DNA of 64,000 nucleotides from Reclinomonas americana ATCC 50394 (lineage: Eukaryota). Below, piece by piece: positions 53,052 through 62,949 of this stretch. A model generated the notes under the pieces. That model was not told the DNA's origin. It did not search any database and was given only the letters and a program-made list of their open reading frames with translations. Each line of letters opens with the position of its first letter. The first letter of the stretch is position 1. The DNA lies in assembly GCA_048213135.1 (NCBI GenBank), contig PS015010.1, positions 1,984,001-2,048,000 on the forward strand, read 5' to 3'. The position numbers were made by a program, and so were the translations under genes.

Positions 53052-56044
53052 GATGACCTGGTTTTTAAAGGTAATTGCAGGATGACCTTAGTGCCGAAGG
53101 CCTCGCCATCCTTATTAGTATTATCGATTACTTTGATGAAATAGTTTCCCCGATCATAGCCAGCAAGACCTGTCAGCCGCTTCTCCACTATACCCAGTCC
53201 AAAACTTTTTGTGCCGGCATAAATACTGCCGGGTGATTTTTCCTTGCGGCCTACCCCATTGTCTGTGACCTCGCAACGCAGGTAACCATCAAAGCGGCTG
53301 ATACGGATATCGATGACACCTTTCCTGTTTTCCAAATGTTTGATACCATGGCGCACACAGTTCTCCACTATCGGCTGCAGCATCATATTGGGGATTTCTG
53401 TACGGTCGGTGTTGATGTCATTATCAATCGTAAAATGAAACTCAAATTGCCCGGGTATCCGCAGTTGTTCCAGTTCCAGGTATTCGGAAATATATTCCTT
53501 TTCTTCCGCCAGGCTGATGTGTGAACGGATGGAAAGTTCCAGTGTTTTGCGAATCAGCCGGGAAAATTTCACCAGGTATTCATTGGCCTCATCGCGGCTG
53601 CCCGCTACTACCAGTTGCTGGATGGAAGCCAGGCAGTTGAAAATAAAGTGCGGGTTCATCTGGCTGCGCAGTGCCACCTGTTTCAGTTCCGCCATCTCTG
53701 TTTGGATAGCCGTCTTTTCTTTCTCGCGGCGGGTGATCGCTTTTACCCTGCGGTTATAAATGTAGTATACGATCAGCAGGAACAAAAGCAACACGCCTAT
53801 CCTTACCGCGTTCCACTGCCACCAGGGTTTTTCAATGGTGATGTCCAACTCCTGCACCGCAGAACGCCGACCGTATTTTGGCAGTTCTGCCTTTATCTGC
53901 AGTTTATAATTACCGGGTGTGAGGTTACCCAAAACGATCTGAGAGGTTTGCAGATTATGCCAAGTGGTGTCCGAGTCGCTAAATAAACGATAATAATACT
54001 GAAGTTCTGAGTAAGCATTATAACTTATTGCATCAAAATCAACTGTCAGTTGGTTGTGGTGATAAGGCAAAGTGATACTGGTAATCCCGGAGGTATCCCC
54101 TTTGTTGTAGGAGAGCCGGGTAATATACAGAGGAATAGGGATGGTTGGTTGCCGTAACAATTTTTCCATATTCTCCAACGTGTACAAACCTTGATTGGAA
54201 GGGATCATAATATTCCCGTTATGTTCCGCTAACTGATGGATCACCAGGTTCTTAAGCCCTGTATTTTCCGATAAGTTGATTATTCTATAACGTAATGGAT
54301 CAAAGGAGGAAAATTCAATGACGGATATCCCATTAGACATGGCCAGCCACAGTGTATTATTTACAGGTAATATATACCTTACTGAGTTGCTCAGCAGTCC
54401 CTCATTCTCCGTGATATGCGCTATCACTTTTTCTTTATGAATCAGGGCGATCCCTGAAGAAGTGATGCCAGCGACCAGGATACCATTGGTCATTTGCCTG
54501 ATCGTATTACATCCTTTTGACAGTACGCCCGATCTATCCGTAAGTTTGCGAAACTTGTTAGCCGCTACATCATATTTAAACAGCCCGGTATAGGCTGGGG
54601 CCCACAGTCCACCTTCATTGTCCAGGAATAGCTTCCCTCTTCCCGGCATTTGTTCAAGCATTACGATAGCCGGTTCCTGTATTTTGCCTTCCTTCATTAC
54701 GAAACTATTCAGAAACCCTCCTAATGACAGAAAAACGCGTGGACCATTGTTAGTGGCAATTTCATTATCAATAGCCAGGTGATAAACTAATCTCCCGTGC
54801 ACACCTCTCAGTTGCAACTGCGACTGTTTATAATATGATTTTTGATGATCCATCTTGCCCGGCTTACAGCCAATAAGAATATTTCCATGCCGGTCCTCAA
54901 TAATTGCAGTGGCCTCATGTATAGGCCTGTCTGTAACACGAATAGCACGGTCACCCTCCCACTGGTATAATCCACCATTGGCTATAAATAGCAGAAGACT
55001 GTCTTTGTAATAATGCACCCGGTTCACAGCCTCTTCTGTAATCTTTACCGGAGAATGTCTTTTATGGTAGAAGACCCCGCTTTCCAGTGTAGTAAACCAC
55101 TTCCCGCCCTCATTATCAAACGCTATACTACTTACACTCTTATTATGCAGTGGCGTGTATTCCTTCTGATCAGCTATTGTAAAGTCCGCCATGTCCACCT
55201 TTACGACTCCGTTTACCTTCATCCCTACATATAAGGCATTTTCGGCCTCTTCATAATTCATGGTTAAAATATCTCTCGGGAAAATAAATTCATGGTATTC
55301 CCCCCCGGGCAGAAGTTGTATAAGATGGTTCCCTGCAAAAAGAAGAATGCTGCCGTTTTTAGCAAAGCAACTCCCGTAAAAATCAAAGACCAAACGAGGG
55401 GCTATGGGGATAGTATAAGTGATAACCTCTTTCGTATTTTCCGCGTGAACAACCAGTTGGTTCCAGTTTCTCACACCACTTGACATTAACTGGGGCCAGG
55501 CAGCGTTACCCTTCAACCGGCTAATACTGACAACACTCGATAGACTTGAATCAATCATGGAAGTCCGAAAATTGACAACCCTGATCTGCCCGGTATTAAT
55601 GTCTATAATATAATTACTTACCCCCCATACATTGACGTGTATACTATCGTCGTTTGAAATAAACACGTCAGAGATAACGCTTTTACCCATTACCTTTTCT
55701 ACAATATCATTATGACCATAAAGGTGGACCTGGTTATTTTCATAATAAGAGAGTTTATTGTTACGTGGAAAAAACCATATTCTTCCCTTGCGATCTTCAC
55801 GTATTTTAAAGATCACATTATCCGGCAAACCTTTTATCACTTCCATGCCCCCACCCTTATGCCGTACAACTCCCTGGTCAGTTGCTATCCAGATATATTC
55901 TTTGCTGTCCTTATATACACAATACGCCTCATCGCTCGGCAAACCATTTTTTTGTGAATATTTCAACAATGCACCCACTTCTGTCTGCCCGTATACACAA
56001 CCGGCAGATAGCAACAGCATGAGTATTGCAAGAAAACGGGGCAT
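53048..56044 (-). CDS. Beta-propeller/Y_Y_Y LytS-type histidine kinase (paralog B)
   Basis: GLPSDEAY...IWIATDQG propeller repeats, NLTPGNYKLQIKA, KPWWQ-TM, SQMNPHFIFN, ENCVRHG. Confidence 0.95.
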   Translation of the reverse strand: MPRFLAILMLLLSAGCVYGQTEVGALLKYSQKNGLPSDEAYCVYKDSKEYIWIATDQGVVRHKGGGMEVIKGLPDNVIFKIREDRKGRIWFFPRNNKLSYYENNQVHLYGHNDIVEKVMGKSVISDVFISNDDSIHVNVWGVSNYIIDINTGQIRVVNFRTSMIDSSLSSVVSISRLKGNAAWPQLMSSGVRNWNQLVVHAENTKEVITYTIPIAPRLVFDFYGSCFAKNGSILLFAGNHLIQLLPGGEYHEFIFPRDILTMNYEEAENALYVGMKVNGVVKVDMADFTIADQKEYTPLHNKSVSSIAFDNEGGKWFTTLESGVFYHKRHSPVKITEEAVNRVHYYKDSLLLFIANGGLYQWEGDRAIRVTDRPIHEATAIIEDRHGNILIGCKPGKMDHQKSYYKQSQLQLRGVHGRLVYHLAIDNEIATNNGPRVFLSLGGFLNSFVMKEGKIQEPAIVMLEQMPGRGKLFLDNEGGLWAPAYTGLFKYDVAANKFRKLTDRSGVLSKGCNTIRQMTNGILVAGITSSGIALIHKEKVIAHITENEGLLSNSVRYILPVNNTLWLAMSNGISVIEFSSFDPLRYRIINLSENTGLKNLVIHQLAEHNGNIMIPSNQGLYTLENMEKLLRQPTIPIPLYITRLSYNKGDTSGITSITLPYHHNQLTVDFDAISYNAYSELQYYYRLFSDSDTTWHNLQTSQIVLGNLTPGNYKLQIKAELPKYGRRSAVQELDITIEKPWWQWNAVRIGVLLLFLLIVYYIYNRRVKAITRREKEKTAIQTEMAELKQVALRSQMNPHFIFNCLASIQQLVVAGSRDEANEYLVKFSRLIRKTLELSIRSHISLAEEKEYISEYLELEQLRIPGQFEFHFTIDNDINTDRTEIPNMMLQPIVENCVRHGIKHLENRKGVIDIRISRFDGYLRCEVTDNGVGRKEKSPGSIYAGTKSFGLGIVEKRLTGLAGYDRGNYFIKVIDNTNKDGEAFGTKVILQLPLKTRSS

Positions 56045-56045
56045 A

Positions 56046-59045
56046 TCAGATGTCTCTTATCTTTAAAGGTAATTGCAGGATGACCTTAGTGCCGGAGGCC
56101 TCGCCATCCTTATTGATATTATCGATTACTTTGATGAAATAATTCCCCCGGTCATAACCTGCCAGCCCTGTCAACCGCTTCTCCACGATACCCAGGCCAA
56201 AACTTTTGGTGCCCGCATAAATACTGCCGGGTGATTTTTCCTTGCGGCCTACACCATTGTCTGTGACCTCGCAACGCAGGTAACCATCAAAGCGGCTGAC
56301 ACGGATATCGATGACACCTTTCCTGTTTTCCAAATGTTTGATGCCATGGCGCACACAGTTCTCCACTATCGGCTGCAGCATCATATTGGGGATTTCCGTC
56401 CGGTCGGTGTTGATGTCCTTATCGATCGTAAAATAAAATTCAAACTGACCCGGTATCCGCAGTTGTTCCAGTTCCAGGTATTCGGAAATATATTCCTTTT
56501 CTTCCGCCAGGCTGATGTGCGAACGGATGGAAAGTTCCAGTGTTTTGCGGATCAGCCGGGAAAATTTTACCAGGTATTCATTGGCCTCATCACGGCTGCC
56601 GGCCACTACCAGTTGCTGGATGGAAGCCAGGCAGTTGAAAATGAAGTGCGGGTTCATCTGGCTGCGCAGTGCCACCTGTTTCAGTTCCGCCATCTCTGTT
56701 TGGATAGCCGTCTTTTCTTTCTCGCGGCGGGTGATCGCTTTTACCCTGCGGTTATAAATATAGAATACGATCAGCAAGAATAAAAACAGCGCTCCTATAC
56801 GTACCACGTTCCACTGCCACCAGGGTTTTTCAATGGTGATGTCCAACTCCTGCACCGCAGAACGCCGGTTCTGTTTAAGTAACTCTGCTTTCACCTGCAA
56901 TTGGTAATTACCCGGTGTGAGATTACCCAGTACGATCTGCGTAGTTTTAAGGCTATGCCAGGAAGTATCAGCACCATTTAACAAGCGGTAAGAATATTGT
57001 AATTCAGACGGTGAATTATAGCAAATGGCGTCGAATTCAATAGTCAGCTGGTTGTGTTTATAGGGCAGGTTAATCTTATGGATACCACTTGTATCACCCT
57101 TATAATAGTTGATTTTGGTAATATACAGGGGAATAGGCGATGCTTTCTTATGGAGTAACTCTTCTACATTCCCGAGTTCATACAGCCCCTGGTTGGAAGC
57201 GATCATAATATTGCCATCGTGTTCTTCTAATTGCCGGATCACGAGATTCTTTAGCCCGATATTTTCAGATAAGTTGGTTACACGATATTGCAATGGTGCG
57301 AAGGATAAGAACTCAATGACGGATATACCGTTTGACATAGCCAGGAACAGTTTATTTTCAACGGGCAGGATGTACCTGACCGAATTACTTAACAATCCCT
57401 GCTCTTCTGTGATATGCCCTATTACTTTTTCGTCTTTTATCAATGCAATTCCCGAAAAATTGATGCCCGCGGCAAATACACCACTGGCCATTTGCCTCAT
57501 GCTATTGCATCCCTTCGACAGTATACCAGAGCTGTCCGGAAGCTTGCGAAACTTGTTAGCCGCTACATCATACCGGAATATACCTGTATAATCAGGATGC
57601 CATACCTCCCCATTTTTGTCCATAAATAATTTCCCTCTGCCCGGCAATTGTTCCCTCATAATAGAAATCGGTTCCTGGAACTTCCCGTTCCGTATCTCGA
57701 AGCTATGCAGGAACCCTCCCATAGATACGAAACCTACAGAACCGCCATTCACCGCAAACTCATTATCGCTCAAAAGCCTGTAAACCATCCTGCCTCCTGC
57801 CAGCCCTGGCAGGGACAAAGGATAATGGTCAGATGAATTGTTGTTGCTGGACCTGTCGGGCCTGCACCCTATGATAATATTTCCGTAAGTATCTTCAATG
57901 ACAAAAAAAGCATCATGCAAAGACTTATCGAGTACCGGCAAAGCACGGTTACCTTCTAACCGGTACAAGCCGGAATTGCTTGTGAATAATAACAGGCTGT
58001 CCTTATAGTAGTATACCCGGGAAACCGGCAGATCTGTTAGCCGGGCAGGGGAATAACTCTTATCATAAAAAGCCCCGCCTTCCAGTGTTGTAAACCATTT
58101 ACCTCCTTCATCATCAAACGCAATACTGCTTATGCTCTTATTCGCCAGGGTGCTGTACTTCCTGTCATTCACTATCGTAAATCCATCCATTTCAACCTTT
58201 ACCACACCATTGACTCTCGTTCCTACGTAAACCGCATTTTCTGGAGGATTATATTTAATGGCCAGGATGTCTTTGGCTAAAGTCAGCTTATGATACCCCC
58301 CATTGGCCATAAGTCTTAACAGGTGATTTCCTGCAAAGAGAATAATATCCCCATTATTTGTGAGGCAGCTCCCATAAAAATCAAACATCAAACGATAATC
58401 AACAGGTATCGTATATGTAGCCGTTTTATCACCGCCGGTAACATGTACGATTAGCTTATCCCAGTGAACAATACCACTTAATACCAGTCGCGGCCAGGCA
58501 ATATTGTCACCAAAATGATTAATATTAATAACACACACAGGAATAGTATCCCTGGTGGACTTAATGAAATCAATTTTCCGGACCTTGCCGGTATTGATAC
58601 TGATAACGAAATTCTTGAAATCCCATACATTGATACGGATACTGTCATCAGCAGAAATAAATGCATCGGTAACTACCGCATTCTTTAATACCTTCTCAAC
58701 CTCATCATTATATGTATAAATATGTACCTGGTTATTTTCATAATAAGAAAGTTTATTGCTACGTGAAAAAAACCATACCCTCCCTTTTCTGTCTTCCCGT
58801 ATTTTAAAGATGACATTATCAGGCAATCCCTTTATCACTTCCATACTCTCTCCTTTATGCCTTACCACGCCCTGGTCCGTGGCTATCCATATATACCCTT
58901 TACTGTCTTTGAATACACAATACGCTTCGTCGCTGGGCAGGCCATTTTCCTGCGAGTAGTTGATCAATGTCCCATCTTTCACCTGCCCGCACAGGTTGGG
59001 CAGTACTCCGGTCAGCAGGAATAATGGTATGAGAAAGCGCAACAT
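56046..59045 (-). CDS. Beta-propeller/Y_Y_Y LytS-type histidine kinase (paralog A)
   Basis: Same architecture as paralog B; start set at the MLRFLIP signal peptide. Confidence 0.95.
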   Translation of the reverse strand: MLRFLIPLFLLTGVLPNLCGQVKDGTLINYSQENGLPSDEAYCVFKDSKGYIWIATDQGVVRHKGESMEVIKGLPDNVIFKIREDRKGRVWFFSRSNKLSYYENNQVHIYTYNDEVEKVLKNAVVTDAFISADDSIRINVWDFKNFVISINTGKVRKIDFIKSTRDTIPVCVININHFGDNIAWPRLVLSGIVHWDKLIVHVTGGDKTATYTIPVDYRLMFDFYGSCLTNNGDIILFAGNHLLRLMANGGYHKLTLAKDILAIKYNPPENAVYVGTRVNGVVKVEMDGFTIVNDRKYSTLANKSISSIAFDDEGGKWFTTLEGGAFYDKSYSPARLTDLPVSRVYYYKDSLLLFTSNSGLYRLEGNRALPVLDKSLHDAFFVIEDTYGNIIIGCRPDRSSNNNSSDHYPLSLPGLAGGRMVYRLLSDNEFAVNGGSVGFVSMGGFLHSFEIRNGKFQEPISIMREQLPGRGKLFMDKNGEVWHPDYTGIFRYDVAANKFRKLPDSSGILSKGCNSMRQMASGVFAAGINFSGIALIKDEKVIGHITEEQGLLSNSVRYILPVENKLFLAMSNGISVIEFLSFAPLQYRVTNLSENIGLKNLVIRQLEEHDGNIMIASNQGLYELGNVEELLHKKASPIPLYITKINYYKGDTSGIHKINLPYKHNQLTIEFDAICYNSPSELQYSYRLLNGADTSWHSLKTTQIVLGNLTPGNYQLQVKAELLKQNRRSAVQELDITIEKPWWQWNVVRIGALFLFLLIVFYIYNRRVKAITRREKEKTAIQTEMAELKQVALRSQMNPHFIFNCLASIQQLVVAGSRDEANEYLVKFSRLIRKTLELSIRSHISLAEEKEYISEYLELEQLRIPGQFEFYFTIDKDINTDRTEIPNMMLQPIVENCVRHGIKHLENRKGVIDIRVSRFDGYLRCEVTDNGVGRKEKSPGSIYAGTKSFGLGIVEKRLTGLAGYDRGNYFIKVIDNINKDGEASGTKVILQLPLKIRDI

Positions 59046-59398
59046 GCCATAAAGATAATAGCTGCCGGGGTTAATCGGGAGTTCCCGGCAACTGGCTATT
59101 GAAGCGCTTATCCCGTTTTTATACACTTATGCCCTAAACCCCACAGTTATCCCGGAATGCCAGCAATAAAAAAAGAAAAAAAAATCTTCAAAAGTATTGA
59201 TGAATTTTCTTGCCTGTTTCTCACTGGGGTATAGAGAGTTTACCCTGATGGAACCGGAAAAAATCAGCAACGGGGACTGCCTAGGTCCCCGTTTTGCGTT
59301 TTTGCCGTTCACACCCCAAAAAACGCTTTCATTTTTCCATAAGAAACTGTATTTTGTTGATAAGGGACTATCCCCTCTACACCTTAAAACGTACTCCA

Positions 59399-60871
59399 AT
59401 GAAAAAACATCTCCGGCAGGGGCCTTCCCGTGCTGCCAACACCCCAACACTTTTTACGGGAAAAACTTCTTTCTTTTTACTATGTTTCTTTATCCTGTTT
59501 TCAGCTGCAGCGCCCGGCAAACTCTACGCCCAGGCTTCGGTAAGCAACGTGAGCTTTACCCAGTTTGACCGTTATGATACGGACGGAAGCTTGCTCTTCG
59601 AAAATTCGAGCCTGGGCAAGGTCAACTTCTCGGTTACACCGGATCCTTCGTTTACCTATTATGTGAACATTTACGCCAAAACCAAATCCAACACCAGTAC
59701 CTGGATCGTTCAGAATCTCCCGGTTACACCTGTCCCGGTTCCTGTACCGGGCTCCTGTATTTCAACAGAAGTTGATTTTAAGTTCCTGGAAGAAATACCC
59801 GGCACCAGGATAGCAACCATTACCTATGCGGTGGAGGTTTCGAGGCTGGTGAAAGCTACTGCCACTACCACTACGGTAAGGTCTGTCAATAAACAGGCAG
59901 CGGCCAATCTCACGGCTACCCCGGTATCCTATTCTACCATCCCGGTAGGAAAAGGAAGGTACCTCAATGAGGTTTCAGCCCGTTACAGCGAATCGGCCAA
60001 CCTGGCTTTGTTCTCTATGACAGCACCTGTTGCCGTTACCAACAAAGACAAAAATATCCCTCCTCTCGATGAGGACACCAACCAGTGCCTCCCCGGTGCT
60101 TTTGCCCGCAGCATATCCTGGCTGTTGGGTGAGAATGGTTACCCCAATGTACCCAAGCCCAAGGAGATTTACGACACTTTAAGAAAGCTGTTTGCCAGTT
60201 GCTCCACGTACGCCTGCGCTGTCAATAAGAAGAAGGATTACCTCAAATCCATCTCCGGCGGAAAGGGCACTACCGACCCGATATGGTGGCCGTCAAAACC
60301 CGGGGACAGCATTAAGAAGTACAATGACAAATGTGATGTGGAAGTATCCTGGGCCGATACCCCAAGAGGACATATCATTACCATTGTTGGTATTACCTGC
60401 GGGGCGGATGGCTGCTGTACCATCCGTTACCGGGATGATGACAGGCAGGGCCAACCCGGGGGCGATACCTGTGTAAAAACGACGGTGATCTGCGGCGACA
60501 GCATCAATACCCCGGCGGGTAAAAGAAAGATAGACGCTGTTATTGTTGAATGTGCTCCCCCGGCTACTACCACCCGGCCGGCGATAGCGCTGGAAGACAA
60601 CGTGGAATTATTGCAGAATGTACCTAACCCGTTCAGCAATACAACACAGATCAGCGTAAGGGTAAAACAAGCCAGCCTGCTCAAAAACGCGGTGCTTATT
60701 ATCAGCAATATGAACGGCACGGAAATAAGAAGGATACCCGTACAATTGCGTGACGGGCTCAACCAGTTCAGGTATGCAGTGCCGCTGGAAATAAAAGGGG
60801 TACTTTATTATTCGCTGGAGATCAATGGAAGGATCACCGATTCAAAGAAAATGTTTGTAACGTCTAACTAA
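59399..60871 (+). CDS. T9SS type A sorting domain protein with putative papain-like cysteine peptidase domain
   Basis: Signal peptide ending LYA-Q; NQCLPGAFARS...GHIITIVG...YRDD; C-terminal QNVPNPF...YYSLEING...KKMFV. Confidence 0.8.
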   Translation: MKKHLRQGPSRAANTPTLFTGKTSFFLLCFFILFSAAAPGKLYAQASVSNVSFTQFDRYDTDGSLLFENSSLGKVNFSVTPDPSFTYYVNIYAKTKSNTSTWIVQNLPVTPVPVPVPGSCISTEVDFKFLEEIPGTRIATITYAVEVSRLVKATATTTTVRSVNKQAAANLTATPVSYSTIPVGKGRYLNEVSARYSESANLALFSMTAPVAVTNKDKNIPPLDEDTNQCLPGAFARSISWLLGENGYPNVPKPKEIYDTLRKLFASCSTYACAVNKKKDYLKSISGGKGTTDPIWWPSKPGDSIKKYNDKCDVEVSWADTPRGHIITIVGITCGADGCCTIRYRDDDRQGQPGGDTCVKTTVICGDSINTPAGKRKIDAVIVECAPPATTTRPAIALEDNVELLQNVPNPFSNTTQISVRVKQASLLKNAVLIISNMNGTEIRRIPVQLRDGLNQFRYAVPLEIKGVLYYSLEINGRITDSKKMFVTSN

Positions 60872-60886
60872 CAGCGATTATATATA

Positions 60887-60922
60887 ACTAAAAGAGCTTT
60901 CCACTTGGAAAGCTCTTTTAGT
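60887..60922. terminator. Bidirectional terminator
   Basis: Perfect inverted repeat ACTAAAAGAGCTTTCCA/TGGAAAGCTCTTTTAGT between convergent genes. Confidence 0.85.
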
Positions 60923-60970
60923 ATACCGAATTGACTATACAATTACTTCTTCAGTAAGATTTAAAAACAC

Positions 60971-61411
60971 TTACGCCTTTGACTTGCCATATTCATAGCT
61001 TACCATCCAGTTGATGCCGAATTTGTCGGTCAGCATGCCGAAGTAGGAATTCCAGAAAGTTTTACTCATGGGCATGGTGGCCATTCCGCCTTCTGCCAGC
61101 CCGTTGAAAATGCGGTCGGCTTCAGCTTCGCTGTCGGTATTTACAGAAATGGAGAAGTTATTCCCCTGTACCGTGGCGGGCCCGAAACCTGCAAGGGTAT
61201 CGCTTCCCAGTAAAACGGAGTCGCCACCCAGCGGCAGGGACATATGCATGATTTTTTCACCATCACTCTCAGAGATGGCTTTTCCTTCCATGGGTGGCAT
61301 GTCTTTAAAACGGCCAACAAACGGGAATTCTCCTCCGAATACGGATTTGTAATGATTGAAGGCCGCCTCACAGGTGCCGTCAAAAGTGAGATAAGGGTTG
61401 ATAGATGTCAT
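60971..61411 (-). CDS. VOC-family protein (PhnB/YjdN-like)
   Basis: NPYLTFDGTCEAA, IMHMSL, TFWNSYFGMLTDKFGINWM. Confidence 0.92.
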   Translation of the reverse strand: MTSINPYLTFDGTCEAAFNHYKSVFGGEFPFVGRFKDMPPMEGKAISESDGEKIMHMSLPLGGDSVLLGSDTLAGFGPATVQGNNFSISVNTDSEAEADRIFNGLAEGGMATMPMSKTFWNSYFGMLTDKFGINWMVSYEYGKSKA

Positions 61412-61746
61412 TATATTTTAGCTTTTGGTTTTATATAATAAAAATAGAAGTATTTTTTTCCTATCGCAAGTGTACCTGCAAGTGCTGTTGTTAAATTAAA
61501 AACGGCTGTCCACCCACGTGGAACAGCCGGTAATGAAATCAGGCCTCTACCCCTGATTCACTGACAAATTTCAGCGTCTTTTAAGGGACGTTGTATTATG
61601 ATGAACACATAAAAAGTATCATTGTGAAAGAGCGGTCCGCTGATAAGATAGACGTATGTGGCGGTTATATGGTTGCAATCATATGAAAGATAATAACCTC
61701 TTGTGAAAACAAAAAAATATAGTTGTTCATTTAAAAAAAGGAGAAT

Positions 61747-61774
61747 AAAAAAGCCGGGAGCATGTCCCGGCTTT
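61747..61774 (-). terminator. Terminator of rplKAJL
   Basis: AAAGCCGGGA/TCCCGGCTTT stem with a minus-strand T tail, 35 nt after the rplL stop. Confidence 0.85.
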
Positions 61775-61808
61775 CATATAATCGAACTTTCGTTCTGTTG
61801 CTGTTTAC

Positions 61809-62182
61809 TTAGGCAATCTCAACTTCAGCGCCAGCTTCAGTCAGTTTTGCTTTCAGGTCGTCGGCAGTAGCTTTATCCACGCCTTCTTTAACTGGTTTAG
61901 GAGCGCCGTCTACCAGGTCTTTTGCTTCTTTCAGACCCAGGCCGGTCAGTTCCTTAACGATCTTAACAACGGCCAGTTTGTTGGCACCACCGCTTTTCAG
62001 GATAACGTTGAAAGATGTTTTTCTTCAGCAGCAGCGGCACCGTCACCACCACCCGCGCTTACTACAACTGCAGCAGCAGCTGGTTCAATCCCGTATTCAG
62101 ATTTCAGGAATTCTGCGAGTTCCTGTACTTCTTTAACTGTTAAACCTACAAGGTTTTCAGCTAATGCTTTTACGTCTGCCAT
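61809..62182 (-). CDS. rplL: 50S ribosomal protein L7/L12 (apparent 1-nt frameshift at 62018-62022)
   Basis: N-half MADVKALAE...AAAEEK; C-half [37 protein letters not shown]...AGAEVEIA* in another frame; span is 374 nt. Confidence 0.95.
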
Positions 62183-62300
62183 AATGTTTACATTTTTACC
62201 GCCTTCATTGTTTTTGACTCCGGCGGAGTGATTAAAAAAATTGTGTCTTATTCAGAACAGCGGCAAGGCCGCTATTAAGATACTGTTGTTTTGCCGGTGA

Positions 62301-62903
62301 TTATTCGGCTGCTGGTGCGGCTGCTTCGTCAGATGCTGCCGGAGCTTCTGTGGCCGGAGCCTCAGTTGCCGGTGCGGCTTCTGCCACGGGAGCAGCTTCT
62401 TCAGTTTTACCTGAAGCGGCTTCTTTGTTCTGCAGGGCGCCCAGTACACGCTGGATAGGCGATTGCAGCAACCCGATGATCTCGCCAATGAGTTCGTTCT
62501 TGGTCTTGATCTGGGTGAGGGCTTTCAGCTGGTCGTTACCTACAAATACGTCGCCATTAATGAAAGCGGCTTTCAGGAGCGGCTTTTCATTGTTGTTCTC
62601 CTTACGGAAGCTGCTGATGATCATAGCAGGTTCTTTAGGATTTTCGCTGAACATGAGGGCAGTCACTTTATGCAGGGAGTCGTAAACACCGGCATATTTT
62701 TCCGCGTCGAGGCTTTCCAGCGCTTTGCGGATAAGTGTGTTTTTAGCCACTTTCATTTCCACCTGCTTGCTGAAGCAATGACGGCGGAGTTTACCCACCT
62801 GGTCAACCGTAAGGCTTTCCGTATCGGTGATGTAGAAGTTATTATATTGAGAGAACTTGCCTTTCAGCACTTCTATCACTTCGTTTTTTTCCTGTTTTGT
62901 CAT
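62301..62903 (-). CDS. rplJ: 50S ribosomal protein L10
   Basis: LRRHCF, VAKNTLIRKA; position between rplA and rplL. Confidence 0.97.
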   Translation of the reverse strand: MTKQEKNEVIEVLKGKFSQYNNFYITDTESLTVDQVGKLRRHCFSKQVEMKVAKNTLIRKALESLDAEKYAGVYDSLHKVTALMFSENPKEPAMIISSFRKENNNEKPLLKAAFINGDVFVGNDQLKALTQIKTKNELIGEIIGLLQSPIQRVLGALQNKEAASGKTEEAAPVAEAAPATEAPATEAPAASDEAAAPAAE

Positions 62904-62949
62904 AACAAATATTTTTTGTTAACCCTGGTCCGATAGATACGGTGCCGGA

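Noticed and set aside
59200-59398. LytTR direct repeats upstream of the T9SS gene
   Set aside because: Only weak matches without a clean 21-22-bp period. A hairpin AACGGGGAC/GTCCCCGTT is present but uninterpretable.
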